Assembly (NCBI GenBank): GCA_035765695.1
Contig: DASTXB010000017.1
Location: 16,939 to 80,938 of the forward strand
Direction of reading: 5' to 3'
DNA from: Nocardioides sp.
Lineage (GTDB): Bacteria; Actinomycetota; Actinomycetes; Propionibacteriales; Nocardioidaceae
DNA length: 64,000 nt
The notes beneath the pieces are model-generated. The model worked only from the letters and a program-made list of their open reading frames with translations. It was not told the origin of the DNA and did not search any database. Of the stretch, positions 51,875-62,021 are shown in pieces (within the stretch, counting starts at the first letter, position 1; each line of letters starts with the position of its first letter). The translations under genes were made by a program, and so were the position numbers.

Positions 51875-53107
51875 GTGCTCAAGCGGGTTGCCGTCGTCGT
51901 CGTTCTGGCCGTGGTCCTCGGCTGCCTGTCCACGGGTCCGGGGGTCGCAGCGGGCTCGTTCACGCCACGCCCCGGACCGACGTGGAACAACCCACGGGGC
52001 GACCTCGCGGCGCGCAACGTCAACATGGCCAAGATCCGGCACACGATCGACAGCGTCCCGCGCAACGGCGTGATCAGGATCGCGGTCTACTCCTACAACC
52101 GCCGCGACATCGGTGACGCCCTCATCCGCGCCTGCAAGCGGCACGTGTCGGTCCAGCTGGTGCTGAACGACAACGCGATCGGCGTGGAGGCCAACCGGAT
52201 GATGCGGTACCTCGGCCAGGACACGCAGCCGAGGTGGAAGGACCGGTGCCACCCGAGGAAGTACGGCCCGAAGCGCAAGCCGTACCCGGTCCCGAGCTTC
52301 TTCAAGGTGTGCAAGGGCGCCTGCCGGCTGGGCAGCGAGCGATCGAACCAGCACAGCAAGTTCTACCTGTTCTCCGCGACCGGCAACGGCAAACCGGTCG
52401 TCATGTTCGGCTCGAACAACCTGATGAGCTTCGCCGCCGACGTGCACTGGAACGACCTCTACACGGTGCTCGGCAACCAGAAGATGTTCGACGACTTCAG
52501 CACGATCTTCGGCCAGATGGCACAGGACCGGTGGCGCAAGCACCCCTACGTGGCGGTCCAGGACGGCAAGTACGCCGTCGAGTTCGGATCGGACCCGCAC
52601 GTCACCGGGTCGAAGGACCACGTCTACCAGCGCCTCGACGAGGTCGGTTGCCGGGCCCCGGCCGGGTACGGCGAGAAGGGCCACACGACGATCCGGATCA
52701 TGATGTACGGCTGGGTCGGTGCGCGCGGCCTGATGCTGGCCCGCAAGGTCGCGGTGCTGTCGCGGGCCGGGTGCCGGGTCCGGGTGCTCGTCAGCGGTGC
52801 CGGGCGCCGGGTGCACGCTGTGCTGCACCGCGCCGGCGTCGCCATCCGGCGGTCCGCCCTCGACCTCGACGACGACCCGCTCACGGGCTTCTCCGACACG
52901 GGATGGGAGGTCTTCTCCCACGAGAAGTGGATGTCGCTGTCCGGGACGTGGGCCGGCCGCCCGTTCAAGGGCGTGTGGACCGGCTCGGAGAACTGGTCGA
53001 ACGTCTCGCGGTTCAACGACGAGGTCACCGTGCAGGTCCCGTTCGCGTCGGCACTCGCGGCCTACAACCGCCACTTCGAGAACGTCTGGGCGCACGACAG
53101 CGAGTGA
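51875..53107 (+). CDS. Secreted phospholipase D-like protein
   Basis: Signal peptide; two HxK motifs (HSKF...GSNN; HEKW...GSEN). Confidence 0.8.
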   Translation: MLKRVAVVVVLAVVLGCLSTGPGVAAGSFTPRPGPTWNNPRGDLAARNVNMAKIRHTIDSVPRNGVIRIAVYSYNRRDIGDALIRACKRHVSVQLVLNDNAIGVEANRMMRYLGQDTQPRWKDRCHPRKYGPKRKPYPVPSFFKVCKGACRLGSERSNQHSKFYLFSATGNGKPVVMFGSNNLMSFAADVHWNDLYTVLGNQKMFDDFSTIFGQMAQDRWRKHPYVAVQDGKYAVEFGSDPHVTGSKDHVYQRLDEVGCRAPAGYGEKGHTTIRIMMYGWVGARGLMLARKVAVLSRAGCRVRVLVSGAGRRVHAVLHRAGVAIRRSALDLDDDPLTGFSDTGWEVFSHEKWMSLSGTWAGRPFKGVWTGSENWSNVSRFNDEVTVQVPFASALAAYNRHFENVWAHDSE

Positions 53108-53136
53108 CCGCCGCCAAGGGCCGATCCCGCCGGACC

Positions 53137-53751
53137 TCAGCGCTCGATCGACTCTGCCCGGCCGCCCATCTCGGCGCGCCGGATGAGGCGGGACACCATC
53201 TCCTGGGCCTGGGTGATGGTCCCCTCGAGGATCCGCCGGCCGGCCTCGACCTGACCGCTCTCCAGCGACCACTTGGCCGCGACCATGCCCTGGATCAGCG
53301 AGTCGTTGATCTCGATGGCCTCGCGGTGCAGCAGTGCGGCGGCCTCGAGCTCGCGTCGCTCGGCCTCCAGCTCGAGCCGCTCCACCTCGGCGCGGCGCGC
53401 CTGGTCCGACGCCTGGCCGACGAGGACGCCCAACAGCAGGAGCGGCACGGCGCGGGACACCCACCCCGTCGCGCTGAGCGAGACGTCCGAGACCGCCACC
53501 CAGAACTCGATGAGCGCCACCGCGACGACGCCCGCCAGCAGGCCGGCGCGCAGCCCGAACGCTCCGGCGAGCAGGGCCACGGGGAGCGCGAAGAGCATCG
53601 TGTGGGCGTCCGCCGGTCCGCCCGTGCTGAGCCGCAGGACGAGCACCGTGGCGTACAGGACCACCGCGACCCCGACGGCGAGCGCGGGCCGCCGGCGGAA
53701 CCACGGGTCGCGGGGCACCCGGACGGTCGCCGGCGGCTCGGACGCGGTCAT
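53137..53751 (-). CDS. Membrane protein with a HisKA_3-like helix lacking the phospho-His
   Basis: About four TM segments, a coiled coil, EAIEINDSLIQGM; no HATPase domain. Confidence 0.65.
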   Translation of the reverse strand: MTASEPPATVRVPRDPWFRRRPALAVGVAVVLYATVLVLRLSTGGPADAHTMLFALPVALLAGAFGLRAGLLAGVVAVALIEFWVAVSDVSLSATGWVSRAVPLLLLGVLVGQASDQARRAEVERLELEAERRELEAAALLHREAIEINDSLIQGMVAAKWSLESGQVEAGRRILEGTITQAQEMVSRLIRRAEMGGRAESIER

Positions 53752-53840
53752 GGGTCAAGCATGCGCCCGGCGCGGCCTCCCTGTCCGGGGACCCCGGGCA
53801 TCGGACCGGACCGGACGTGCCCGGGGACGCCGCGAGGACG

Positions 53841-53878
53841 CCGCAGGCCCGCCGGGACGGATCCCGGCGGGCCTGCGG
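53841..53878 (-). terminator. GC-rich hairpin downstream of ino1
   Basis: Perfect 17-bp stem CCGCAGGCCCGCCGGGA-CGGA-TCCCGGCGGGCCTGCGG. Confidence 0.7.
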
Positions 53879-53897
53879 AGTCGGAACGTGGTGGCGC

Positions 53898-54983
53898 CTA
53901 CTCCTCGCCGCGGATGAACGCCTCGACGCGGGCGCGGCCCTCGTCGTCCGGCAGCTGCACCGGCGGGGACTTCATCAGGTACGACGACGCCGAGATGATC
54001 GGGCCACCGATGCCGCGGTCCTTGGCGATCTTCGCCGCGCGGATCGCGTCGATGATGATGCCGGCGGAGTTCGGGGAGTCCCAGACCTCGAGCTTGTACT
54101 CGAGGTTCAGCGGGACGTCGCCGAAGTTGCGGCCCTCGAGGCGGACGTAGGCCCACTTGCGGTCGTCGAGCCACGCGACGTAGTCGGACGGGCCGATGTG
54201 GACGTTCTTGTCGTGGACCTTGCCGGCGAGCTCACCGTGCAGGTTCGAGGTGACGGCCTGGGTCTTGGAGACCTTCTTGGACTCCAGGCGCTCGCGCTCG
54301 AGCATGTTCTTGAAGTCCATGTTGCCGCCGACGTTGAGCTGGTAGGTGCGGTCCAGCGTCACGCCGCGGTCCTCGAACAGCTTGGCCATCACGCGGTGCG
54401 TGATGGTCGCGCCGACCTGCGACTTGATGTCGTCGCCGACGATCGGGACGCCGGCGTCCTCGAACTTCTTCGCCCAGACCGGGTCGGAGGCGATGAAGAC
54501 CGGGAGGGCGTTCACGAACGCCACGCCGGCGTCGATCGCGCACTGCGCGTAGAACTTGTCGGCCTCCTCGGAGCCCACCGGGAGGTAGGAGACGAGCACG
54601 TCGGCGCCGGTGTCCTTGAGGACCTGGACGATGTCGACCGGCTCGGCCGCCGACTCCTCGATGGTCTCGCGGTAGTACTTGCCGAGGCCGTCGAGCGTGT
54701 GGCCGCGCTGCACCTCGATGCCCAGCGTGGGCACCTCGCAGATCTTGATGGTGTTGTTCTCGGAGGCGTTGATCGCCTCGGAGAGGTCCTTGCCGACCTT
54801 CTTGTCGTCGACGTCGAACGCGGCGACGAACTCGACGTCGGAGACGTGGTACTCGCCGAACGTCACGTGCATCAGGCCGGGCACCGTCCCCGTCGGGTCG
54901 GCGTCCCGGTAGTAGTGCACACCCTGGACCAGGGAGGAGGCACAGTTGCCCACTCCCACGACTGCTACTCGAACCGAACCCAT
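53898..54983 (-). CDS. ino1: myo-inositol-1-phosphate synthase
   Basis: [40 protein letters not shown]. Confidence 0.96.
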   Translation of the reverse strand: MGSVRVAVVGVGNCASSLVQGVHYYRDADPTGTVPGLMHVTFGEYHVSDVEFVAAFDVDDKKVGKDLSEAINASENNTIKICEVPTLGIEVQRGHTLDGLGKYYRETIEESAAEPVDIVQVLKDTGADVLVSYLPVGSEEADKFYAQCAIDAGVAFVNALPVFIASDPVWAKKFEDAGVPIVGDDIKSQVGATITHRVMAKLFEDRGVTLDRTYQLNVGGNMDFKNMLERERLESKKVSKTQAVTSNLHGELAGKVHDKNVHIGPSDYVAWLDDRKWAYVRLEGRNFGDVPLNLEYKLEVWDSPNSAGIIIDAIRAAKIAKDRGIGGPIISASSYLMKSPPVQLPDDEGRARVEAFIRGEE

Positions 54984-55004
54984 CGGGGCGTCCTTCCTTG
55001 TCTT

Positions 55005-55664
55005 CTACTTCTGCGACGTGGCCTGGTGGCCGTTGCTGGGGGTGTCGGAACCCTCCCCGGTGTCGGGGGCCGTGATGGGGGCCGTGACGGGAGACGTCAC
55101 GGGGGTGGTCCCGGCAGGGTCGTGCTCTCCGCTGCGCTCGGCGTTGATGAGGTCCGAGAGCCACCGCACCTCACGCTCGACCGACTCGACGCCGTGGCGC
55201 TGGAGCTCCGCGGCGTACCTGTCGACCTCCTTCTGGGTCATCGACAGCTGGCTCTGCACCCGGTCGAGCCGCTCCTGGAGACGGGTACGGCGCCCCTCGA
55301 GGACCCGCAGGCGGATCTCCATGTCGGTGCGCGAGAAGAACGCGAAGCGGATGTCGAAGTTGTCGTCCTCCCACGCCGTGGGACCGACCTCCATCATCAG
55401 CCGCTCGAACTCCCGCTGTCCCGCCTCCGTGAGCTGGTAGACGATCCGCGGCCGCCGGGTCACCGGGGCGACGGTCGTGGCCGCCTCCTCGATGAGGTTG
55501 CCGCGCAGCATCTTCTTCAGGGTGGGGTAGAGCGACCCGTACGAGAGGACCCGACCCCATCCGAGCATGAGGTTGAGCCTCTTCCGGAGCTCGTAGCCGT
55601 GCATGGGTCCCTCGTGCAGCAGCCCGAGGACTGCGAGCTCGATGGTCTCCGCACGACGTGCCAT
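55005..55664 (-). CDS. PadR family transcriptional regulator
   Basis: LAVLGLL...MHGYELRKRL...SYGSLYPTL...VYQLT; upstream of ino1. Confidence 0.92.
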   Translation of the reverse strand: MARRAETIELAVLGLLHEGPMHGYELRKRLNLMLGWGRVLSYGSLYPTLKKMLRGNLIEEAATTVAPVTRRPRIVYQLTEAGQREFERLMMEVGPTAWEDDNFDIRFAFFSRTDMEIRLRVLEGRRTRLQERLDRVQSQLSMTQKEVDRYAAELQRHGVESVEREVRWLSDLINAERSGEHDPAGTTPVTSPVTAPITAPDTGEGSDTPSNGHQATSQK

Positions 55665-55670
55665 ACGACC

Positions 55671-55683
55671 TATCGTAGCGATA
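55671..55683. promoter_or_regulatory. Putative PadR operator
   Basis: TATCG-TAG-CGATA palindrome 6 nt upstream of the padR ATG. Confidence 0.55.
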
Positions 55684-55860
55684 TATCCGCGCAATGCGAA
55701 TGCGCGACGCGTCGGCGCCCAGCATGCCACCGCCGGCGCGGCGAGGTTTGGGCACCGCCGGAACGTGGCACAGCGCACCCGGGCGGCGTCTTGGGCGCGT
55801 TCGGCGGCTGCCCGTACCCTGACGAGGATCTCGACCCCCCTGAACCGGAGCCTTCCAGAC

Positions 55861-58209
55861 GTGAGTGGTAAGCGCAGGGCCGCCGGCACCACCGGCACCA
55901 CGGCATCCCCGAAGCGACCCCGCACCCGCAAGCAGCAGGTGCTGCGGGTCGTGAAGTGGGGGGCGATCACCGGACTGGTGCTCGTCCTGGTCGCCGTCGC
56001 GGGATTCGTCTTCCTCTACAAGACGATCGACATCCCGGACCCGAACGAGGACTTCCTCACCCAGACGTCGAAGATCTACTACGCCGACGGCAAGACCGAG
56101 CTGGGCGACTTCGCGATCCAGAACCGCGACTCGATCCCGCTCAAGGAGATGCCGGAGACCCTCCAGGACGCGGTGGTCGCCGCCGAGAACCGCACGTTCT
56201 GGACCGACAAGGGCATCGACCCCAAGGGCATCATCCGCGCCGCGTTCAGCAACGCGTCGGGCAACGCCACCCAGGGCGCGTCGACGATCACCCAGCAGTA
56301 CGTGAAGATCCTGTACCTCTCCCAGGAGCGGTCGTACCAGCGCAAGGCCAAGGAAGCGGTCCTGTCGCTGAAGATCCAGCGCACGCAGAGCAAGTCGCAG
56401 ATCCTCGAGGGCTACCTCAACACCATCTACTTCGGCCGCGGCGCGTACGGCGTCCAGGCGGCCGCGCAGGCGTACTTCGACAAGGACGCCAAGGACCTCT
56501 CGCTCAAGGAGTCCGCGGTCCTGGCCAGCGTGCTGAACAACCCCAGCCACTTCGACCCGGCCAACGGCAAGGACTCCAAGCACGATCTGCACGAGCGGTA
56601 CGACTACGTGCTCAACGGGATGGCCGACGCCGGCAACATCACCGAGGCCGAGGCCGAGAAGGCCGAGAAGCACCTGCCGAAGTTCCCGAAGATCGAGGCC
56701 GACAGCCGGCTCGGGGGCCAGAAGGGCCACATGCTCGCGATGGTCCGCGACGAGCTGCACCAGCTCGGCTTCGGCGACGAGCAGATCGACGGGGGCGGCC
56801 TCACGGTCACCACGACCTTCACCAAGAAGGCCATGGACGCGGCCGCCGCGGGCGTGAAGGCCGAGCGGCCGGAGGGCTTCGGCGACAAGCAGCTGCACGT
56901 CGCGGTCGCGAGCGTCGAGCCCGGCACCGGCGCGCTGCGCGGGTTCTACGGCGGCCAGGACTACCTCGACTCCCAGATCAACTGGGCGGTGACCGGCGGC
57001 TCGCCCGGCTCGTCGTTCAAGCCGTTCGCGCTGGCGGCCGGCCTCAAGGCCGGCTTCTCCCTCCAGGACACCTTCGACGGCAACTCGCCGTTCTACTACA
57101 ACGGCGAGGGCACCGGCGACCGGGTGCGCAACGAGGGCTCGGGGTACGACGGGCTCGGCACCGACTACGGCTCCGCGGTCAGCCTGCTGACCGCGACCGA
57201 GGAGTCCATCAACACCGCCTACGCCGACCTGACGATGTCGATCCCGGACGGCCCGCAGAAGATCCTCGACACCGCGCACGCGGCCGGCATCCCGAAGTGG
57301 GACAAGTCCCAGACGGGGTTCAACCACCTGCACACCAGCCCCGGCCTCGAGCCGATCTCCGGCATCGCGCTGGGGTCGGCGACGGTCGCGCCGGTCAACA
57401 TGGCGAACGCGTACGCGACCATCGCGAACGGCGGCGAGGCCGCCGAGGTGCACGTGATCGACAAGGTCGTCGACCAGGACGGCGCGGTCAAGTACCAGTA
57501 CAAGCAGCACACCACCCCGGCGTTCGACCAGAACGACGAGCAGATGAACAGCGACATCGCCGCGGACACGTCGTACGCCCTCCAGCAGGTGGTGCGGTCC
57601 GGGACCGGCCAGAACGCGATGGCGCTCGGCCGGCCGGCCGCGGGCAAGACCGGCACGGCGACCAACGCCGACGACGACGTCTCCTCGTCGTGGTTCGTCG
57701 GCTACACCCCGCAGCTCGCGACCGCGGTGATGTACGTGCGCGGCAAGGGCAACGAGGCGCTGGACGGCTGGCTGCCGTCGTACTTCGGCGCCGAGTACCC
57801 GACCCGCACCTGGACCGCGGTCATGCGTGCGGACATGGAGGGCGTGCCGGAGGAGGACTTCCCGCTGCCGGCGAACCTCGACGGCGAGGCTCCCGACACC
57901 GGCCACGAGCCCCCGCCGCCGCCGCCCACGAAGACCAAGACGGTCAAGCCGACCCCGACCCAGACCCCGTCGGACACGCCGACCCCCACGCCGACCGAGA
58001 CGCCCACGCAGACGCCGACGGAGTCGCCGTCGGACAGCTGCGGCCTGCTCGGCGGCTGCAACTCCCCGTCCGACACGCCCTCGTCCTCGCCGTCGGGCCC
58101 GGCGAGCACGCCCGCCGGTGGACAGTCCAGCGGGACCGCCGGCCCGGGCGGCCCGGGCGGCCAGGGCGGCCGGGAGCGGCGCGGCCGGCGGCGTACCCGG
58201 GTGGCCTGA
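55861..58209 (+). CDS. ponA: Class A penicillin-binding protein (PBP1A)
   Basis: AENRTF, GASTITQQYVK, YLNTIYFG; SxxK (GSSFK), SIN, KTG; Pro/Thr-rich tail. Confidence 0.93.
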   Translation: MSGKRRAAGTTGTTASPKRPRTRKQQVLRVVKWGAITGLVLVLVAVAGFVFLYKTIDIPDPNEDFLTQTSKIYYADGKTELGDFAIQNRDSIPLKEMPETLQDAVVAAENRTFWTDKGIDPKGIIRAAFSNASGNATQGASTITQQYVKILYLSQERSYQRKAKEAVLSLKIQRTQSKSQILEGYLNTIYFGRGAYGVQAAAQAYFDKDAKDLSLKESAVLASVLNNPSHFDPANGKDSKHDLHERYDYVLNGMADAGNITEAEAEKAEKHLPKFPKIEADSRLGGQKGHMLAMVRDELHQLGFGDEQIDGGGLTVTTTFTKKAMDAAAAGVKAERPEGFGDKQLHVAVASVEPGTGALRGFYGGQDYLDSQINWAVTGGSPGSSFKPFALAAGLKAGFSLQDTFDGNSPFYYNGEGTGDRVRNEGSGYDGLGTDYGSAVSLLTATEESINTAYADLTMSIPDGPQKILDTAHAAGIPKWDKSQTGFNHLHTSPGLEPISGIALGSATVAPVNMANAYATIANGGEAAEVHVIDKVVDQDGAVKYQYKQHTTPAFDQNDEQMNSDIAADTSYALQQVVRSGTGQNAMALGRPAAGKTGTATNADDDVSSSWFVGYTPQLATAVMYVRGKGNEALDGWLPSYFGAEYPTRTWTAVMRADMEGVPEEDFPLPANLDGEAPDTGHEPPPPPPTKTKTVKPTPTQTPSDTPTPTPTETPTQTPTESPSDSCGLLGGCNSPSDTPSSSPSGPASTPAGGQSSGTAGPGGPGGQGGRERRGRRRTRVA

Positions 58210-59666
58210 TGCCGCCGGCGCGCGGTGACTGGGTCGACCCCACCACGGACGACCCGGTCGTCGGCGCGCTGAGCGAGGGCGTGGGCGGCCCGGTGGGCAC
58301 CCGCGCCGCGCGGCACCCGTGGTGGACGCCGGTGCGGGTGGTGCTCGCGCTGACCGCCGTCTGCCTGGCGCTCGGGATGTGGCAGAAGACCAACTGCTAC
58401 GACGACACCTGGCGTGACGGGGACGCCCGCTACACCCACATGTGCTACTCCGACCTGCCGTACCTCTACACCGGTCGCGGCTTCGCCGAGCTGAGCTGGC
58501 CGTACACCGACGAGGCGCAGACCCGGGCGCGGTACGACGTCATGGAGTACCCCGTCGGCATCTCCTACTGGGCGTACGGCGCCGCGTGGGTGACGCACTG
58601 GCTCAACGGCTCGCCCGCGATCGAGCCGCGGTACGCCATGTCGGTCGGCGACCTCTCGGCGACCGGGCCGGTGCAGCGCGAGATGCGGATCTTCGTGATC
58701 GTCAACGCACTCGGGTTCGCGGTCCTCACCCTGCTCGCCGTGTGGCTGTTGGCCGGGGTGAACCCCCGGCGTCCGTGGGACGCGGCGGCGTTCGCGCTGT
58801 CACCGGCGCTGCTGCTCACGGGACTCGTCAACTGGGACCTCGTGGCGGTCGTGTTCGTCGCCGGGGCGCTGTGGGCGTGGACCCGCGACCGACCACTCCT
58901 GACCGGCGTGCTGATCGGGCTCGGCACGGCGGTCAAGCTCTACCCGTTGTTCCTGCTCGGCGGCGTGCTGGTGATCTGCCTGCGCCAGCGACGGCTGGGC
59001 GACCTGGCACGGGCGACGCTCGGCGCGGCCGGGGCGTGGGTGCTGGCCAACGCGCCGGCGTACCTGTCCGGCCCCTCGGAGTGGAAGGTCTTCTGGACGT
59101 TCAACTCCGACCGCGGCGCCGACCTCGGCTCGGTCTGGCTCGTGGTGCAGCAGGCGATGGACCGGGTCGGGAGCCCGTTCGCGTTCGAGCCGCACACGAT
59201 CAACGTGGGGTCCTGGCTGTTCTTCGGCGTCTGGTGCATCGGCGTGCTCGTGCTGGGCCTCTCGTCGCCGTCGACGCCCCGGCTCGCGCAGCTCGGGTTC
59301 CTCGTGGTGGCCGGCTTCCTGCTCGTGAACAAGGTGTACTCGCCGCAGTACGTGCTCTGGCTGCTGCCGCTGGCGGTGCTCGCCCGGCCGCGGTGGCGCG
59401 ACCTGCTCGTCTGGCAGGCCGGCGAGGTGCTCTACTTCGCGGCGGTGTGGTGGTACCTCGGTGGGCAGCTCGCGCCGGGGGCCGGTGGGGACGCCGGCTT
59501 CTACTGGGCCGCGATCGCGGTCCGGGTCGCCTGCGAGCTGTGGCTCGTGGCGATGGTGGTGCGCGACCTCCTGCGACCCCGGCACGACCCGGTGCGAGCG
59601 GCCCGGTGGGGCGGTCCGCGGCCGGATCAGCTCAGCACGATGCGGTCGAACGCCGTCGCGGTGTAG
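58209..59666 (+). CDS. GT87/DUF2029 membrane glycosyltransferase
   Basis: CYSDL..LY, EYPVG, NWDL, KLYP, NKVYSPQYVLWL. Confidence 0.88.
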   Translation: MPPARGDWVDPTTDDPVVGALSEGVGGPVGTRAARHPWWTPVRVVLALTAVCLALGMWQKTNCYDDTWRDGDARYTHMCYSDLPYLYTGRGFAELSWPYTDEAQTRARYDVMEYPVGISYWAYGAAWVTHWLNGSPAIEPRYAMSVGDLSATGPVQREMRIFVIVNALGFAVLTLLAVWLLAGVNPRRPWDAAAFALSPALLLTGLVNWDLVAVVFVAGALWAWTRDRPLLTGVLIGLGTAVKLYPLFLLGGVLVICLRQRRLGDLARATLGAAGAWVLANAPAYLSGPSEWKVFWTFNSDRGADLGSVWLVVQQAMDRVGSPFAFEPHTINVGSWLFFGVWCIGVLVLGLSSPSTPRLAQLGFLVVAGFLLVNKVYSPQYVLWLLPLAVLARPRWRDLLVWQAGEVLYFAAVWWYLGGQLAPGAGGDAGFYWAAIAVRVACELWLVAMVVRDLLRPRHDPVRAARWGGPRPDQLSTMRSNAVAV

Positions 59667-60697
59667 CGCACCCGCACGTCCACCTCGTCGCCGATGGCGG
59701 GGACCCGTGCGCCGTGCGGCAGGAACAGCATCGACGCCTGCATGTGCGGCGGCTCGGCGAAGAGGCGCTGCTTGCCGTCGATCGAGAACGGCGAGCGCAC
59801 GAAGCCGGCCGCGTCCAGGCCGCCGCGCGCGAGGGTCGCCGCGCGGGCCTTGAGGGACGCGTCGCCGGTGGGGGCCTCGAGGCCGATGCCGTGGGCGGTG
59901 CCGCCGGTGACGACCAGGATGTGACCGGCCTTCGGGGCCGTGCGGTGGCGGTAGCCGTAGGAGTCGCCGCGCTCGACCTCGTGCACGTCGAGCACGGTCG
60001 CGGTCACCCGCAGCGCGCCGCGGTCGCCGAGCCAGAGATCCGTGCCGACGCGGGGGCGGAACGTCAGGTCCGGGTACGCCGCGCGCAGCTCGCCGAGCTC
60101 GGCCGCGCTGAGGTGGCTGACCCAGACGGTGTCCAGCGGCAGCTCGGCCGCGACCACGTCGTTGACCAGTCGGCGCACCTCGCTGAGGTGCGCGCCGTGC
60201 GCCAGCGGCAGGTGCAGCGCGACCCCCTCGACCTTCGTGCCCGGCCGGGACGCGACCTCGCGGGCGGCGGCCCACAGCTCGCGGGCGGTCATGCCGTGGC
60301 GCAGCATGCTGGTGGCCCGCTCGAGGAGGAGGCGGGCGCCCGGCTGGCGGTCGAGCAGGCCCGCGACGTCCTCGGCGCGGCTGACCGTGTGGATCACCCG
60401 CTTCGCGAGGGCGGGGTCGACCTCGAGCGCCGCGCCGAACGGCCGCCACGGGGTGAGCACGAGCAGGCTGCCGTCGTACCGGCTGGCGACCTCGGGCAGC
60501 TCGTCGTACGTGCCGACCGCGAGGGTGTCGATGCCGAGCCCGCCGTCCTTCAGCCACTGCGCTTTGCGGGCCAGCCGGCCGAGCGTGAAGCCGTAGCCGT
60601 TGCCCTTCGCGACCGGGACGAGTCCGGGGGTGGCCTCGGAGTACGCGCGGAGGTGGCGTCGCCAGCGGTCGCCGTCGACGGTGAGCGTGAGGCTCAT
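59627..60697 (-). CDS. Alanine racemase-like PLP enzyme
   Basis: VPVAKGNGYG PLP-lysine motif; ATGA-coupled to femX. Confidence 0.8.
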   Translation of the reverse strand: MSLTLTVDGDRWRRHLRAYSEATPGLVPVAKGNGYGFTLGRLARKAQWLKDGGLGIDTLAVGTYDELPEVASRYDGSLLVLTPWRPFGAALEVDPALAKRVIHTVSRAEDVAGLLDRQPGARLLLERATSMLRHGMTARELWAAAREVASRPGTKVEGVALHLPLAHGAHLSEVRRLVNDVVAAELPLDTVWVSHLSAAELGELRAAYPDLTFRPRVGTDLWLGDRGALRVTATVLDVHEVERGDSYGYRHRTAPKAGHILVVTGGTAHGIGLEAPTGDASLKARAATLARGGLDAAGFVRSPFSIDGKQRLFAEPPHMQASMLFLPHGARVPAIGDEVDVRVRYTATAFDRIVLS

Positions 60698-61830
60698 CCT
60701 CGCCGCCGCATGTAGAGGTCGAAGGCCTTGTAGAGCGGCGTGCTGAGCGGCAGGTCCCACTCGCCGGCGTACTCGACGGCCTCGCCGCCGGTGCCGACCT
60801 TGAACTGGATCAGGCCGAGGTGCGGGTCGTCGGAGGCGAGGGTGTCGGTGATGCCGCGCAGGTCGTAGACGTCGGCGCCGGCCGCGAGCGCGGCGCGGAT
60901 CATCGCCCACTGCACGGCGTTCGACCCGCGGACCTCGCGCTTCTCGGTGGAGGACGCGCCGTAGGAGTACCACGCGTGACCGCCCACGCGGATCGCGATT
61001 GTGGCGGCGACGAGGGTGCCGTCGTGGCGGGCGGTGTGCAGGACGATGCGGTCCGGCTCCTCGGCCGACAGCGCCTCGACCATGGTCCGGAAGTACGACA
61101 GCGGCCGCGGCGTGAAGTGGTCGCGCTCGGCGGTGTGGACGTAGAGGTCGTGGAACGACTTGAGCTCGGGCTCGATCGCGGCGCCGGCGTACGCCGCGGT
61201 CTCCACGCCCTCCTTGGCGGCCTTCTTGATGTTGCGGCGCCACTGCTGGTTCATGCCGGCGAGGACGTCCTCCTCGGTGCGGCCGGCCAGCGGGATCTGG
61301 AAGACGTACTGCGGCTGGCCCGCGGCGAAGCCGCCCTCGGCGACCTGCGGGCGCCAGCCCAGCTCGGTGAGCTGGGAGACGACCCGGGCGCCGACGCTGG
61401 ACCGCTCGGAGGGCACGAGGTCGCCGAGGCGGCGTACCCCGTCGTCGGCGATGCCCTGCTTGACCGTCGCCGCGTCCCAGCGGCGGGTGACGACCGGCGG
61501 TCCCATCCGGACGCCGAACGCGCCACGGCCCTTGAGGTACGCCGCCATCGGGGCCAGCCAGGCGGCGAGGTCCTCGTCGGCCCAGTCCAGCTCGGGACCC
61601 TCGGGGAGGTAGGCCAGGTAGCGCTTGAGGCGCGGCAGCTGCCGGTAGAGGACCAGCCCGGCGCCGGCGAGCTCGCCACCGCGGAAGAAGCCGATCGACT
61701 CGTGCCGCCACTCCGACTTCACCCGGCCCCAGGCCGGGGTCTGGAGGAAGCTCACCGAGCGTCGCGCACGGATGAGGTCCAGGTGGTCGGCGGCGGGGAT
61801 CTCGCGGACGGTGAGCTCGGGCCTGGACAC
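60694..61830 (-). CDS. FemABX family peptidoglycan bridge aminoacyltransferase (FemX-like)
   Basis: SFLQTPAWGRVK, YLPEGP, WRRNIKKA, YSYGAS, YDLRGI, FKVGTGG. Confidence 0.92.
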   Translation of the reverse strand: MSRPELTVREIPAADHLDLIRARRSVSFLQTPAWGRVKSEWRHESIGFFRGGELAGAGLVLYRQLPRLKRYLAYLPEGPELDWADEDLAAWLAPMAAYLKGRGAFGVRMGPPVVTRRWDAATVKQGIADDGVRRLGDLVPSERSSVGARVVSQLTELGWRPQVAEGGFAAGQPQYVFQIPLAGRTEEDVLAGMNQQWRRNIKKAAKEGVETAAYAGAAIEPELKSFHDLYVHTAERDHFTPRPLSYFRTMVEALSAEEPDRIVLHTARHDGTLVAATIAIRVGGHAWYSYGASSTEKREVRGSNAVQWAMIRAALAAGADVYDLRGITDTLASDDPHLGLIQFKVGTGGEAVEYAGEWDLPLSTPLYKAFDLYMRRRG

Positions 61831-62021
61831 CGTCCGAGGTTACCGAACCGGGCCGGGCCCCCCGCCCTCACCCGGATGGGGCGATGCCTCCCGGGCCGAT
61901 CCGGCCCACGATGGAGTCCGGAATTCCTGGGCAGGACATGTATCAGGGTGCGACGCTAGCGCTCCTGCAGGGCGTGATCCTGATCGAGAGACAGATCAAG
62001 CATCGGGGAGCGACGCGACCA

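Noticed and set aside
43260-52116. 1038-aa and 1464-aa plus-strand ORFs
   Set aside because: Shadow or alternate frames of the DUF6049, cca and M6 protease genes, with low-complexity Arg/Gly-rich translations.
55956-59666. 1236-aa ORF as one fusion protein (likewise 41083-44253, 33378-35018, 59627-61711)
   Set aside because: The N-terminal parts are off-frame read-through of the upstream gene; real starts are internal (58209, 42756, 34139, 60697).
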